NCBI RefSeq assembly: GCF_047722525.1
Contig: NZ_JBDNYY010000011.1
Location: forward strand, 6,019 to 70,018
Direction: 5' to 3'
Source: Gluconobacter sp.
Lineage (GTDB): Bacteria > Pseudomonadota > Alphaproteobacteria > Acetobacterales > Acetobacteraceae
Length of the DNA: 64,000 nt
How positions within the stretch are numbered: the stretch's first letter is position 1; each line of letters begins with the position of its first letter. The notes beneath the pieces are model-generated. The model was not told the DNA's origin and made no database searches. It saw only the letters and a list, made by a program, of their open reading frames with translations. Shown piece after piece: positions 46,008-56,240 of the stretch. A program made the position numbers and the translations under genes.

Positions 46008-47576
46008 TCAGACTGCGCCCAGTCCGCCGCCACCCGGCGTCATGAGGACGAGAACATCGTCCGGCTTCAGGACCTGAAGGCCCTTGCCGGCGAGCTTCCG
46101 GCCGAATGCGGTTTCGACACGGCCTGCGGCACCGTCCTGTCCGCCCAGTGCGCCACGGGCCGGGTGATCGACGCGGTCGAATGCTGCCAGCAGTTCGAAC
46201 GGCTGCTTCTGGGTTGTGCCGATCCGCATGATCTGCCCGTCGCCGCCTTTGGTCTGGCCCAGACCACCGCTGTTTTCACGGAGTTCCTTCTTCCAGAAAA
46301 TGAGCGGGCACTGGATTTCCGCGATTTCAATCGGGGTGCCGTGCACGCCGGATGGAAAGGCCGTGGCGGACAGGCCGTTCAGTCCGGGACGTGCGCCGGT
46401 GCCGCCATTCGTCGTGATGGCCAGGGCGTAGGTCTGGGATGTGTCCGATCCTTTGGGGAACCACTGGCCACGGACGGCAATGTTCCACAGGCAGGATGTG
46501 CCTTCCGCCGGGACCCTGTCGGGAAGGGGCGTGCGCAGGCATCCGAACACCATGTCCGGCAGCATCTGTCCGATGACATGGCGGGAAGAGACGGGGGCGG
46601 GGCGGGGGGCGTTCAGGACGGATCCTTCCGGCGCCTCGACATGATAGGGCGCGAGCGAGCCTGCGTTATTGGGGACATCGGGCGAGATCGCGCAGGCCAG
46701 TCCGAAGACCGTGTAGGCCCGCGTATAGGCCATCGGGACGTTGATCCCGCGACCGACCGTGGGCGGGGAGCCGTCATAGCTGACGCTGACACGGCCTTCG
46801 CTGACGGTAAGCTTTGCCTTGAGCGTCAGGGGGGCATTATAGCCGTCGATCGTCATCTCATGGGACCATGTGCCCTGTGGGAGGGCTGCAATCTTGTCCA
46901 GGACGGCCTGTCGGGAGCGTTCGATGATGAAATCGGCCAGCGGGTCGAGGGTGTCGAGCCGGAACTCGTCCATCATGTCGCACAGTGCGCGCACACCGAC
47001 ATCGTTGCAGGCCGCCAGCGAATAGGTATCGCCTTCCGTGTCCACCGGCAGGCGGGTGTTGGCGCGGATCATGGCCATCAGCGTTTCGTTGACCTGTCCC
47101 TGATCGATCAGTTTCAGCATGGGGATCGACAGACCTTCCATGAAAACGTCTGTCGCTTCCGGTCCGTTGCCCAGTCCGCCGATATCCATCAGATGGCTGG
47201 TGCAGGAAAACAGCCCGACCAGACGGCCCTTGTGGAATGCCGGGGTGGTGATGACGAAATCGTTGAGATGCCCTGTTCCCATCCACGGGTCATTCGTGAT
47301 GTAGGCGTCGCCTTCCTTCATGGTCGAGATCGGGAAGTGGCGCAGGAAATGGCCGACGGACTCCGCCATGGAATTGACGTGGCCGGGTGTGCCCGTCACG
47401 GCCTGCGCGATCATGCGACCCTTCAGGTCGAAGATGCCGGCCGAAATGTCCTCGCATTCGCGGACGATGGGGCTGAAGGCCGTGCGGATCAGCACCTGGG
47501 CCTGTTCGCCGACGACGGCGATCAGGCGGTTCCACATGATCTGGAAATCGATTTCCTTATGGGAGTGTGTGCTCAT
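46008..47576 (-). CDS. hyuB: Hydantoinase B / oxoprolinase family protein (beta subunit)
   Basis: 522 aa. FSPIVRECEDISAGIFD, NDPWMGTGHLND and TPGGGGLG are characteristic of the Hydantoinase_B family. Its start overlaps the hyuA stop by 1 nt. Confidence 0.9.
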   Translation of the reverse strand: MSTHSHKEIDFQIMWNRLIAVVGEQAQVLIRTAFSPIVRECEDISAGIFDLKGRMIAQAVTGTPGHVNSMAESVGHFLRHFPISTMKEGDAYITNDPWMGTGHLNDFVITTPAFHKGRLVGLFSCTSHLMDIGGLGNGPEATDVFMEGLSIPMLKLIDQGQVNETLMAMIRANTRLPVDTEGDTYSLAACNDVGVRALCDMMDEFRLDTLDPLADFIIERSRQAVLDKIAALPQGTWSHEMTIDGYNAPLTLKAKLTVSEGRVSVSYDGSPPTVGRGINVPMAYTRAYTVFGLACAISPDVPNNAGSLAPYHVEAPEGSVLNAPRPAPVSSRHVIGQMLPDMVFGCLRTPLPDRVPAEGTSCLWNIAVRGQWFPKGSDTSQTYALAITTNGGTGARPGLNGLSATAFPSGVHGTPIEIAEIQCPLIFWKKELRENSGGLGQTKGGDGQIMRIGTTQKQPFELLAAFDRVDHPARGALGGQDGAAGRVETAFGRKLAGKGLQVLKPDDVLVLMTPGGGGLGAV

Positions 47577-49672
47577 CAGACGGCGTCCTTCATGTCCAGA
47601 ATGATGTTGCCGCTACCGTCCAGATGGGCGTTGTAGCGGGAGGAAACGTAGGTTGTGGTTTCTTTTTCGGCGATCAGGGCCGGGCCGGAAATGCGGCTGC
47701 CCGGTCCCATATCCGTGCGTTCATAAACCGGCAGATCGACATGAGTGCCGGTTGCACCGTCGAACAGCTTGCGGATGTCGCCGGATTTTGCGTCGTGCAG
47801 GGCCGGGGCGGCCTTGAAGGGCGGATATTTCTGCGGCGTGGTGGACACGCTGACGGACCAGTTGAGGATCTCGACCGCGGCGTGCGGGATGACGCGGGAG
47901 AACTGCCGGGCATATTCGGCCTCGAAGGCGGTTCTGAGCGCGGAGAGGTGGTTGGTGCTGATGGCGCCTTCGGGGAGGGTGACGATGATTTCGTGACCCT
48001 GGCCGACATAGCGCATGAAGGCGCTGCGCCGGATGTGAAGCGTTTCCGTCCGGGCATCGTCCTGGACCATGCCGTGTGCGGCCTGCGTCATGTCGTCCAG
48101 CAGGGCCGAGACTTCTTCCGAATTGAAGCTGTCGTCCAGCCGCATCGGGAAGGACCGCACCAGTTCGAACGAGACCGGTGCTGCGAGAAAGCCCACGGCC
48201 GAGCCGACACCGGCGTTTGACGGGATGACGAGGCGCTGGATGCCGAGTTTTTCCGCAACGCGCGCTGCGTGAAGCGGGGCCGCGCCACCGAAGGCGATCA
48301 TGGTGTGGTCGCCGATGACGGCGCCGCGTTCGGCGGCATGCACGCGGGCGGCGCTGGCCATGTTTTCGCAGACGATTTCATAGACGGCGTGGGCAGACAT
48401 TTCCGCTGACAGGCCCAGAGGAGTGCCGATATCCGTCAGCAGTGCTTCGGCTGAGCGGTCCGGCTGGAGCTGGATGCTGCCGCCTGCGAAGTTTTCCGGA
48501 CGGATCAGGCCGAGCATTACGTCCGCGTCCGTGACCGCGGGGCGCTTGCCACCGAGCCCGTAACAGGCTGGTCCGGGGACGGAGGAGGCGCTTTCCGGCC
48601 CGACGACGACGCGTTTCATGGCGTCCAGATGGGCGATGGAGCCGCCACCGGCGCCGATCTCGACCATTTCGATCACGGGGATCCGCAGGGGCAGGCCGGA
48701 CCCTTTCATGAAGCGGGCCGTGCGGTCCACTTCGAAGACACGGGAGGAGGCGGGTTCTCCGTCTTCGATCAGGCAGACCTTGGCGGTCGTGCCGCCCATG
48801 TCGAAGGACAGGACGCGGTTCTCGCCCAGACGTTCGGCGCATTGGGCGGCGAAGATCGCACCGCCCGCCGGGCCGGATTCCACCAGCCGGACCGGGAACT
48901 GCCGGGCTGTTTCCAGCGCGGTCAGACCGCCCCCGGACGTGACGAGATACAGCGCGCCCTGAAAGCCCTTTGCATTGAGGGCTTCGCGCAGGCGGCCCAG
49001 ATAGCCCGCCATCAGGGGCTGGACATAGGCATTCGCGACGGTGGTCGAGGTGCGTTCGTATTCCCGGATTTCGGGGCAGACGTCGCTCGAGATGGAAATG
49101 GTGATGTCCGGCATGGCCTCCTGAAGGAGGGTCTGGACACGGCGTTCATGGGCCGGGTTGGCGTAGGCGTGAAGGAAGGCAACAGCGATGCTTTCGACGC
49201 CAGCGTCGCGAAGCCGGGGCACGAGCGCCAGAACGGCGGCTTCATCAAGCGGAAGCTGCACGGTGCCGCGGGCATCCATCCGTTCGGGAACGGTGAAGCG
49301 CAGGTCCCGGGGGACGAGCGGGCTGGGCTTCTGCAGCATCAGGTCATACTGGTTGAAGCGGCTTTCCGTGCCGATTTCCAGAATGTCCCGGAATCCCTGC
49401 GTTCCGATGAGGGCCGTGCGCGCGCCCCGGCGTTCGATGATGGCGTTGGTTGCAAGGGTCGTGCCATGCACGAAGACCGTCACGTCGGGGAACTGGAGGC
49501 CCGCGTCCTGGATCACGAGGCCGATGCCATTCATGACGCCCTGTTCGGGCGCGCTGGGTGTTGTGAGGACCTTGCGCGTCAGACGGCCCTGCGGGGTCTG
49601 TAGAACCACGTCTGTGAATGTGCCACCGATATCAGCGGCGAGACGGATTTGTGTACTGTCGACCATGCCCAT
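47576..49672 (-). CDS. hyuA: Hydantoinase A / oxoprolinase family protein (alpha subunit, ATP-dependent)
   Basis: 698 aa with an actin-like ATPase N-terminus (IRLAADIGGTFTDVVL) and SFDMGGTTAKV. Confidence 0.9.
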   Translation of the reverse strand: MGMVDSTQIRLAADIGGTFTDVVLQTPQGRLTRKVLTTPSAPEQGVMNGIGLVIQDAGLQFPDVTVFVHGTTLATNAIIERRGARTALIGTQGFRDILEIGTESRFNQYDLMLQKPSPLVPRDLRFTVPERMDARGTVQLPLDEAAVLALVPRLRDAGVESIAVAFLHAYANPAHERRVQTLLQEAMPDITISISSDVCPEIREYERTSTTVANAYVQPLMAGYLGRLREALNAKGFQGALYLVTSGGGLTALETARQFPVRLVESGPAGGAIFAAQCAERLGENRVLSFDMGGTTAKVCLIEDGEPASSRVFEVDRTARFMKGSGLPLRIPVIEMVEIGAGGGSIAHLDAMKRVVVGPESASSVPGPACYGLGGKRPAVTDADVMLGLIRPENFAGGSIQLQPDRSAEALLTDIGTPLGLSAEMSAHAVYEIVCENMASAARVHAAERGAVIGDHTMIAFGGAAPLHAARVAEKLGIQRLVIPSNAGVGSAVGFLAAPVSFELVRSFPMRLDDSFNSEEVSALLDDMTQAAHGMVQDDARTETLHIRRSAFMRYVGQGHEIIVTLPEGAISTNHLSALRTAFEAEYARQFSRVIPHAAVEILNWSVSVSTTPQKYPPFKAAPALHDAKSGDIRKLFDGATGTHVDLPVYERTDMGPGSRISGPALIAEKETTTYVSSRYNAHLDGSGNIILDMKDAV

Positions 49673-49744
49673 GTTTTCCGTATCGGGTTAGAGTATCGTG
49701 GAACGCCCCGGGAGGGCGCGGACTGAAGGGGAGTGAGAAGGACC

Positions 49745-50308
49745 ATGAAGGACGGGAAAGGCGGGAGCCCGCCGCCGGTCATGCCGGCTGTGGCGGATAT
49801 GGAACGGGCCTTCATCGTGTCTTCGTCCCATCTGGCGGTGCCGGGGAATGAAGACCTCAGTGAATTCGAGTTTGCCCTGACGGTCGTGAACCATGCGTTT
49901 CATCGCTGGATGTCGCGTGGCATGGCGGCGGCGGGGCTGCCGGATCTTTCGGCGCTCGACACGCTCATTCTTCACAGCGTCAATCACCGGAACCGGGAAA
50001 AGAGCATTTCGGATCTGATGTTCACCCTGAACCTGTCCGAACGGCATTACCTGAACTACGCGATGAAGAAGCTGGAGGAGCATGGGCTGATCCAGCGTCA
50101 GCGGCGTGGCAAGGAAGTGTGCGTCAGCACCACGCAGAAGGGGCGGGAAACCTGCATGGAGTACGCGCGCCTGCGCCGGATCTGCCTGCTGGAGCATATT
50201 CCGCAGAACCGGGAGGTCGGTGACGTCACCATTGCCGAAGTGGCCAAGGCGCTGCGTGTCCTGACGGGCTTTTACGAACAGGCGTCCCGCTCGGCCGCGT
50301 CCCTCTGA
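49745..50308 (+). CDS. MarR-like winged-helix transcriptional regulator
   Basis: I prefer ATG 49745 (after GAGAAGGA) over GTG 49733. SALDTLILHSVNHRNREKSISDLMFTLNLSERHYLNYAMKKLEEHGLIQRQRRGKEV is a wHTH of MarR type. It is divergent from hyuA. Confidence 0.75.
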   Translation: MKDGKGGSPPPVMPAVADMERAFIVSSSHLAVPGNEDLSEFEFALTVVNHAFHRWMSRGMAAAGLPDLSALDTLILHSVNHRNREKSISDLMFTLNLSERHYLNYAMKKLEEHGLIQRQRRGKEVCVSTTQKGRETCMEYARLRRICLLEHIPQNREVGDVTIAEVAKALRVLTGFYEQASRSAASL

Positions 50309-50318
50309 CAGCACCGTC

Positions 50319-50713
50319 TCAGCCATCAGGGTGAAGCCGGAAGAGGACGGCATGGTAGCCCACGGGCCTGCCGTCCTCGGTCAGTGCCGGGCCGAGGGTG
50401 CCGTCCGCCGTGGCCGTGACAGGAAGGCGCAGGACGCCTGTTTCTACAAAGCCGATGATGTCACCGGGGCGGACGCTTTGCCCCTCCTGCATGCCATTTC
50501 CGCGGAACACGCCCATTTCCGGGCTGAGAACAGGGACGTCCTCAACCGGTGCCGGAGCAGCAGCAGTTGTGGGTTGGGGCGTCTGACACGGGCTTGATGC
50601 AATCGTGAGGGCTAGTGCGCCCGTGTCATGGTTCCAGGAGAGGTGACGGACATCGTGGTGCCGCATCCTCTCAACCAGTTTCGGAAGGTCGTTCAGAAGG
50701 TCTTCAAGAAAAG

Positions 50714-50717
<4 letters not shown>
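50319..50717 (-). CDS. BCCP-like protein lacking the biotinyl-lysine (degenerate biotinyl/lipoyl domain)
   Basis: 132 aa with an N-terminal AccB-like segment and a Pro/Ala linker (QTPQPTTAAAPAPVEDV). The domain VLSPEMGVFRG...VRPGDIIGFVETGVLRLPVTA follows, where ETGVL replaces the E(A/V)MK(M/T) hairpin. The only Lys in the protein is K13. Its start forms an ATGA overlap with the biotin carboxylase stop. Confidence 0.7.
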
Positions 50718-52061
<1,344 letters not shown>

Positions 52062-52069
<8 letters not shown>

Positions 52070-52514
52070 CGAGCGGCTCCACGGTGAACAGGGGCGTTCC
52101 GGGGGAGACGGCGTCTGCGTTTGTGGCCAGGACAGCGACGATGCGGCAGGGGAACTCGGCCTCGATGCGGGAGAGCGTCTTCATGACTTCGAGGATGTAG
52201 AGCGGCTGCCCTTCCGCCACGATGTCGCCCGGCTTGACGAAAGGGGGGGCATCGGGGGCTGGCGAGGCATAGAACTGGCCGTGCATCGGGGCTTCGATCG
52301 TCGTCTCGGCACTGGATGGGGCCGGGGCTGTTTCGGTCGCCGGAAGCGAGGGGGCTGCGACTGTCGCAGAAGTGCCGGTCGCCTGCGGGCTGCTGTTCTG
52401 TTCCCCGCGGACCAGACGGATATGTTCGCCGTCGCGGGAATAGTCGAGTTCGGTAATGCCCAGGGCCTGCATCCGGGCCATCAGGGCATCGAGGGTCTTG
52501 AGATCGGGGATCAT
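52062..52514 (-). CDS. Biotin carboxyl carrier protein (AccB-like, divergent hairpin EVMKT)
   Basis: 150 aa with a Pro/Ala/Ser linker, then APMHGQFY...VKPGDIVAEGQPLYILEVMKTLSRIEAE. The biotinyl-Lys is present, but the motif deviates from the housekeeping EAMKMMN. Confidence 0.85.
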
Positions 52515-52539
52515 GGGGCGGTCCGTCTTCCGGTCTGCT

Positions 52540-53301
52540 TCAGGTCAGGGCGCGCAGGGCAATGCCGGCGGCTTCGAAGCCCGAGCGCACCTTGCGGGCA
52601 ACCTCGACCGATTCCGCGTTGTCGCCATGGACGCAGATCGTATCGATGCGTGTGGGCAGCATTTTTCCGGAGATGGTCTCGATGGCGCCGTTCTGGACCA
52701 TCCGGACGGCGCGGGCGGCTGCGAAATCGGCGTCATGCAGGACGGCGCCCGGCTCCTTGCGGGAGACGAGATGGCCGTCTTCCGTATAGGCGCGGTCCGC
52801 GAAAATTTCCGAAAACACGGTCAGGCCCCGCTCGCGACCGATGCGCTCAAGGTGGCTCAGGGCGATGGCCATGATGGGGAGGTTCGGGTCCACGGCCTTG
52901 ACGGCATTGACGATGGCTTCGGCAACGGCGGGATCGCGTTCCGTCAGATTGCCCAGCGCGCCGTGGGTTTTCATGTAGGTCATGCGGTGGCCCGAATAGG
53001 TGGCGAGGGCCTGTGCCGCGCCCATCTGGTAGGCCACGATCCGTTCGATCTGTGCAGGCGTGAAAGGCATGACGCGGCGTCCGAAGCCCCACAGGTCGGG
53101 GAAGCCGGGATGGGAGCCGACAGAGACGCCTTTTTCGCGCGCGATGCGGAAGGTTTCGGCCATGACTTCCGGGTCGCCGCCGTGAAAGCCGCAGGCGACG
53201 TTGGCGGAGGTTACGATGTCCAGCATCGCGCTGTCATTGCCCATCGTGTAATGGCCGAAGCTCTCGCCCAGATCGGCGTTCAGGTCGATTGTCTTGGTCA
53301 T
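52540..53301 (-). CDS. pxpA: LamB/YcsF-family lactamase subunit (5-oxoprolinase subunit A type)
   Basis: I prefer ATG 53301 (MTKTIDLNADLGESFG, the canonical LamB/YcsF N-terminus) over the track start at 53355. CGFHGGDP and VKAVDPNLPIMA follow. Confidence 0.85.
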   Translation of the reverse strand: MTKTIDLNADLGESFGHYTMGNDSAMLDIVTSANVACGFHGGDPEVMAETFRIAREKGVSVGSHPGFPDLWGFGRRVMPFTPAQIERIVAYQMGAAQALATYSGHRMTYMKTHGALGNLTERDPAVAEAIVNAVKAVDPNLPIMAIALSHLERIGRERGLTVFSEIFADRAYTEDGHLVSRKEPGAVLHDADFAAARAVRMVQNGAIETISGKMLPTRIDTICVHGDNAESVEVARKVRSGFEAAGIALRALT

Positions 53302-53354
53302 GGTGTCAGAACTCCCGGATTTGAAAACAGGGACATGAAAAACAGGATGGGGCA

Positions 53355-54326
53355 TCAGAAAACGAGTTGCGTGCGGAGCTTCGAAATCTCCGCGGCCAGT
53401 GTCCGCAGGTCCGAGGCATCCTGACGGATGGCCTGAACCGCATCGTCGCGCGTGATTTCCCGGAAATGGACCGGGGCTCCGACGACGGTCTGGGACAGCA
53501 GGCGCAGGTCAGGCTCGATGACGGTGGCGATCTTGGGGTAACCGCCGCAGGTATTGGCATCCATCATCTGGATGATGGGCTGTCCCGCAGGTGGAACCTG
53601 TACCGTCCCGGGCAGGATGCCGTGGGAAAACAGGTTGAGCCTGCGCGTTAGTGCCAGTGTTTCCTGTCCTTCCAGACGGTATCCCATCCGGTTGGCGCTG
53701 GGCGTCAGGGTCCAGGGGGCTGTCTGGAAAGTCTTCAGGCTTTCGGGCGTGAAGACGTCATGCTCGGCGGCGGGGAGGACGCGGATATGTGTCCCCTCGG
53801 CCGGGGGAAGCGGACAGGGGCGGGAGAGGCCGTATCCTGCGGCGGGCAGGCGGATGCTGGCGGCAGGGAGACAGGAGAGCCGGTCGCCTTTGAGGAGTGC
53901 GCGGCCCTTCAGGCCGCCGAAGCTGCCTTTCAGGTCCGTTGAGCGGGCGCCCAGAACGCTGGGAACGTCCAGACCGCCATGGACCGTCAGGTAGCTTCTG
54001 GCGCCCTGGCGGGGAGCCCGGATGGTCAGTGTCTGTCCGGGACGGGCGGTGATGGCCCAGTCGCGGGGGAGTTGCAGGTCATCCAGCGTGACGGGGCAGT
54101 CGGCCCCGGTGACGGCGAAGGCGGTTTCGGTGTGGAAGCGGACGCGGAAGGGAAAGAACACGATCTCGATCCCCGCGGCATCCACCGGATTGCCGAGAAG
54201 CAGATTGCCGTGGCTCAGCGCCAGACGGTCCATGGCGCCGCCCTGGGCCACGCCCATGGCCATTGCATGGCGTCGGCCGAAGTCCTGGACGGTGTTGAGG
54301 GAGGAACCTGTCAGGATTTCGATCAT
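53355..54326 (-). CDS. pxpC: KipA / allophanate-hydrolase-subunit-2-type protein (5-oxoprolinase subunit C type)
   Basis: 323 aa. MIEILTGSSLNTVQDFGR, GGAMD, and PPAGQPIIQMMDANTCGGYPKIATV are typical of the AHS2/CT_A_B domain. Confidence 0.85.
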   Translation of the reverse strand: MIEILTGSSLNTVQDFGRRHAMAMGVAQGGAMDRLALSHGNLLLGNPVDAAGIEIVFFPFRVRFHTETAFAVTGADCPVTLDDLQLPRDWAITARPGQTLTIRAPRQGARSYLTVHGGLDVPSVLGARSTDLKGSFGGLKGRALLKGDRLSCLPAASIRLPAAGYGLSRPCPLPPAEGTHIRVLPAAEHDVFTPESLKTFQTAPWTLTPSANRMGYRLEGQETLALTRRLNLFSHGILPGTVQVPPAGQPIIQMMDANTCGGYPKIATVIEPDLRLLSQTVVGAPVHFREITRDDAVQAIRQDASDLRTLAAEISKLRTQLVF

Positions 54327-54964
54327 GAAGCCCTCACGAAACGGACGGTGTCACCCAGCCGCAGGAGGCCGGGTTCGGGGCGGAAGGCGTCAAAGAGGCG
54401 GAGATCCGTCCGGCCGAGGATATGCCAGCCCGAGGGTGAGGTGCACGGCATTATTCCGGCATGGCCGCCGCCGATAACGACTGCCCCTTCCTCCACCCGC
54501 AGGCGGGGGGAGTCCCGGCGCGGAATGGCCAGACGGGGATCAAGCCCCGTCAGGTAGACGAAGCCGGCCATGGCGCCGATGGCGGCCACGCTGTAACGGC
54601 CGGCCATGTGGGCTTGGATGGTTTCTTCTTCCGTCAGGTTGGCGAAGCGGGCCACGAGAGCCAGATCCTCGCCGAACGCGCCGCCATAGACGACGGGGAC
54701 CACGATCTCGCGGGACGGGATCTCTTCGGCCGAGGCCTGGGTCCAGACATCGCGCAGGATGGCTTCCATGGCGGATGGATCGGTTTCGGCGGCATCGAAC
54801 ATGACGAGAAGGTTGTTCACGCCCGGGATGGTCTGGGTAACTTCCGGCCGCGTGTTCAGTGCGCGACTGCTGGCCCAGATGCGGCGTTGTGTCATGTCGT
54901 TGAAAGGGCCGTCGGCGGCATCCAGAAGAAGGCCGCCCGCGCCTGCCATGTGAATGCGGGTCAT
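54323..54964 (-). CDS. pxpB: KipI / allophanate-hydrolase-subunit-1-type protein (5-oxoprolinase subunit B type)
   Basis: The track ORF runs to 55726 in an alternative frame of the MFS gene. ATG 54964 (MTRIHMAGAGGLLLD) gives 213 aa and forms ATGA overlaps with both the MFS stop (54961) and the pxpC start (54326). Motifs are IPGVNNLLVMFD and GFVYLTGLDPRLAIPRR. Confidence 0.85.
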   Translation of the reverse strand: MTRIHMAGAGGLLLDAADGPFNDMTQRRIWASSRALNTRPEVTQTIPGVNNLLVMFDAAETDPSAMEAILRDVWTQASAEEIPSREIVVPVVYGGAFGEDLALVARFANLTEEETIQAHMAGRYSVAAIGAMAGFVYLTGLDPRLAIPRRDSPRLRVEEGAVVIGGGHAGIMPCTSPSGWHILGRTDLRLFDAFRPEPGLLRLGDTVRFVRAS

Positions 54965-56214
54965 GGGGTGTGATCCGGCTGGCGGCGACCATGGAACGGG
55001 CGCCGGGGAAGGAGGGCCGCGGCGAGGGCGCCGCACAGGATGATAAGGCCCGTAATGTAGAAGACGCCGTGGAAATTGCCTGTGGCTTCCAGCAGATAGC
55101 CTGTCATGACGGGGGCCAGGATGCCGAGGCCGTTGGAGAATGTCAGGGTCAGGCCGGTGACGGAGCCGAGGATTTCGTCTTCCACCAGAAGGTCGGCCAG
55201 AAGGGCCATGTTGGCGCCGGTTCCAGCCGCCATGAAGGCCATGGAGATGGCGAGGAGCGGGATGATGGTTCCGGCGCTGCTGCACAGGGGCAGAAAGCCC
55301 ATGGAGGATGCCAGCACGAGATACAGGCATACGACCTTGCGGCGGCCGCCCAGAGAAAGGTTGGACCGGCGGACGAGCGTTTCGCCGATTTTTCCAGCCG
55401 TGATCGAGAGGATGGCTGCGCCGATATAGCAGTAGGCCGTGTAGACTCCGGACTGCGCGATGCCGAGATGCAGCGTCTGGCGCATGATGATCGGAAGCCA
55501 GGACATCAGCAGGAAGTTTGCATAATTCGCGCAGCACTGGGCAATCACGATGCCCCAGAAGGCCGGGGAGCGGAACAGGGTCGGCACGCAAATCAGGGCA
55601 AAGGGTGTGGCATTTGTGCTTTGTGCCGGGCGGGGATGGGTCAGGAGCCAGACGACGGACCAGACCAGTCCCAGTGCGCCAAGGAGCGAGAATGCGGGGC
55701 GCCATCCATAATGGGCGATGAGCCATCCGCCCGAGGCGGCGCCGCAGGCCAGTCCGATGGGGATGCCGCAGATGAACGCCGTCATCATGAGGCCGCGTTC
55801 ATGCAGGGGCGCCCAGGCACGGACAACCTTGTTGCCAAGAGCGAAGGTTGGGGTTTCTCCGATCCCCAGCAGGATGCGGGTGGCGATGAATGCAGGGACA
55901 GTGGTGGTCACGCTGCCGAGGATCATGGCGATCGACCACAAAGCGACCGCTGCCGCACCGATGATGCGGACCCCGAAACGGTCTAGAAGGATCGCGCCGG
56001 GGAGATTGAGAATGAAGTAGGACCAGAGGAAGCTGGACAGGACCCAGCCTGTTTCACCTGGCGTGAGGGCGAATTCATGGGCGATCTGGGGCATGCCCAC
56101 GGAAAGGGCAGCCCGGTCTCCGTAGCAGATCACGCACATGGCAATGGTCAGGGCGTATATGACGAACCGGAAAGGCCGGCGCTCTTCGGGAACGGTCTGG
56201 GAAAATGTCTGCAA
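54961..56214 (-). CDS. MFS transporter, anion:cation symporter (ACS) type
   Basis: 417 aa with an apparent TTG start 26 nt after the receptor stop. ICYGDRAALSVGMPQIAHEF and LDRFGVR are typical of ACS carriers. Confidence 0.85.
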   Translation of the reverse strand: MQTFSQTVPEERRPFRFVIYALTIAMCVICYGDRAALSVGMPQIAHEFALTPGETGWVLSSFLWSYFILNLPGAILLDRFGVRIIGAAAVALWSIAMILGSVTTTVPAFIATRILLGIGETPTFALGNKVVRAWAPLHERGLMMTAFICGIPIGLACGAASGGWLIAHYGWRPAFSLLGALGLVWSVVWLLTHPRPAQSTNATPFALICVPTLFRSPAFWGIVIAQCCANYANFLLMSWLPIIMRQTLHLGIAQSGVYTAYCYIGAAILSITAGKIGETLVRRSNLSLGGRRKVVCLYLVLASSMGFLPLCSSAGTIIPLLAISMAFMAAGTGANMALLADLLVEDEILGSVTGLTLTFSNGLGILAPVMTGYLLEATGNFHGVFYITGLIILCGALAAALLPRRPFHGRRQPDHTP

Positions 56215-56240
56215 GAAACTGCGCCTTTTTCCGCTAATTC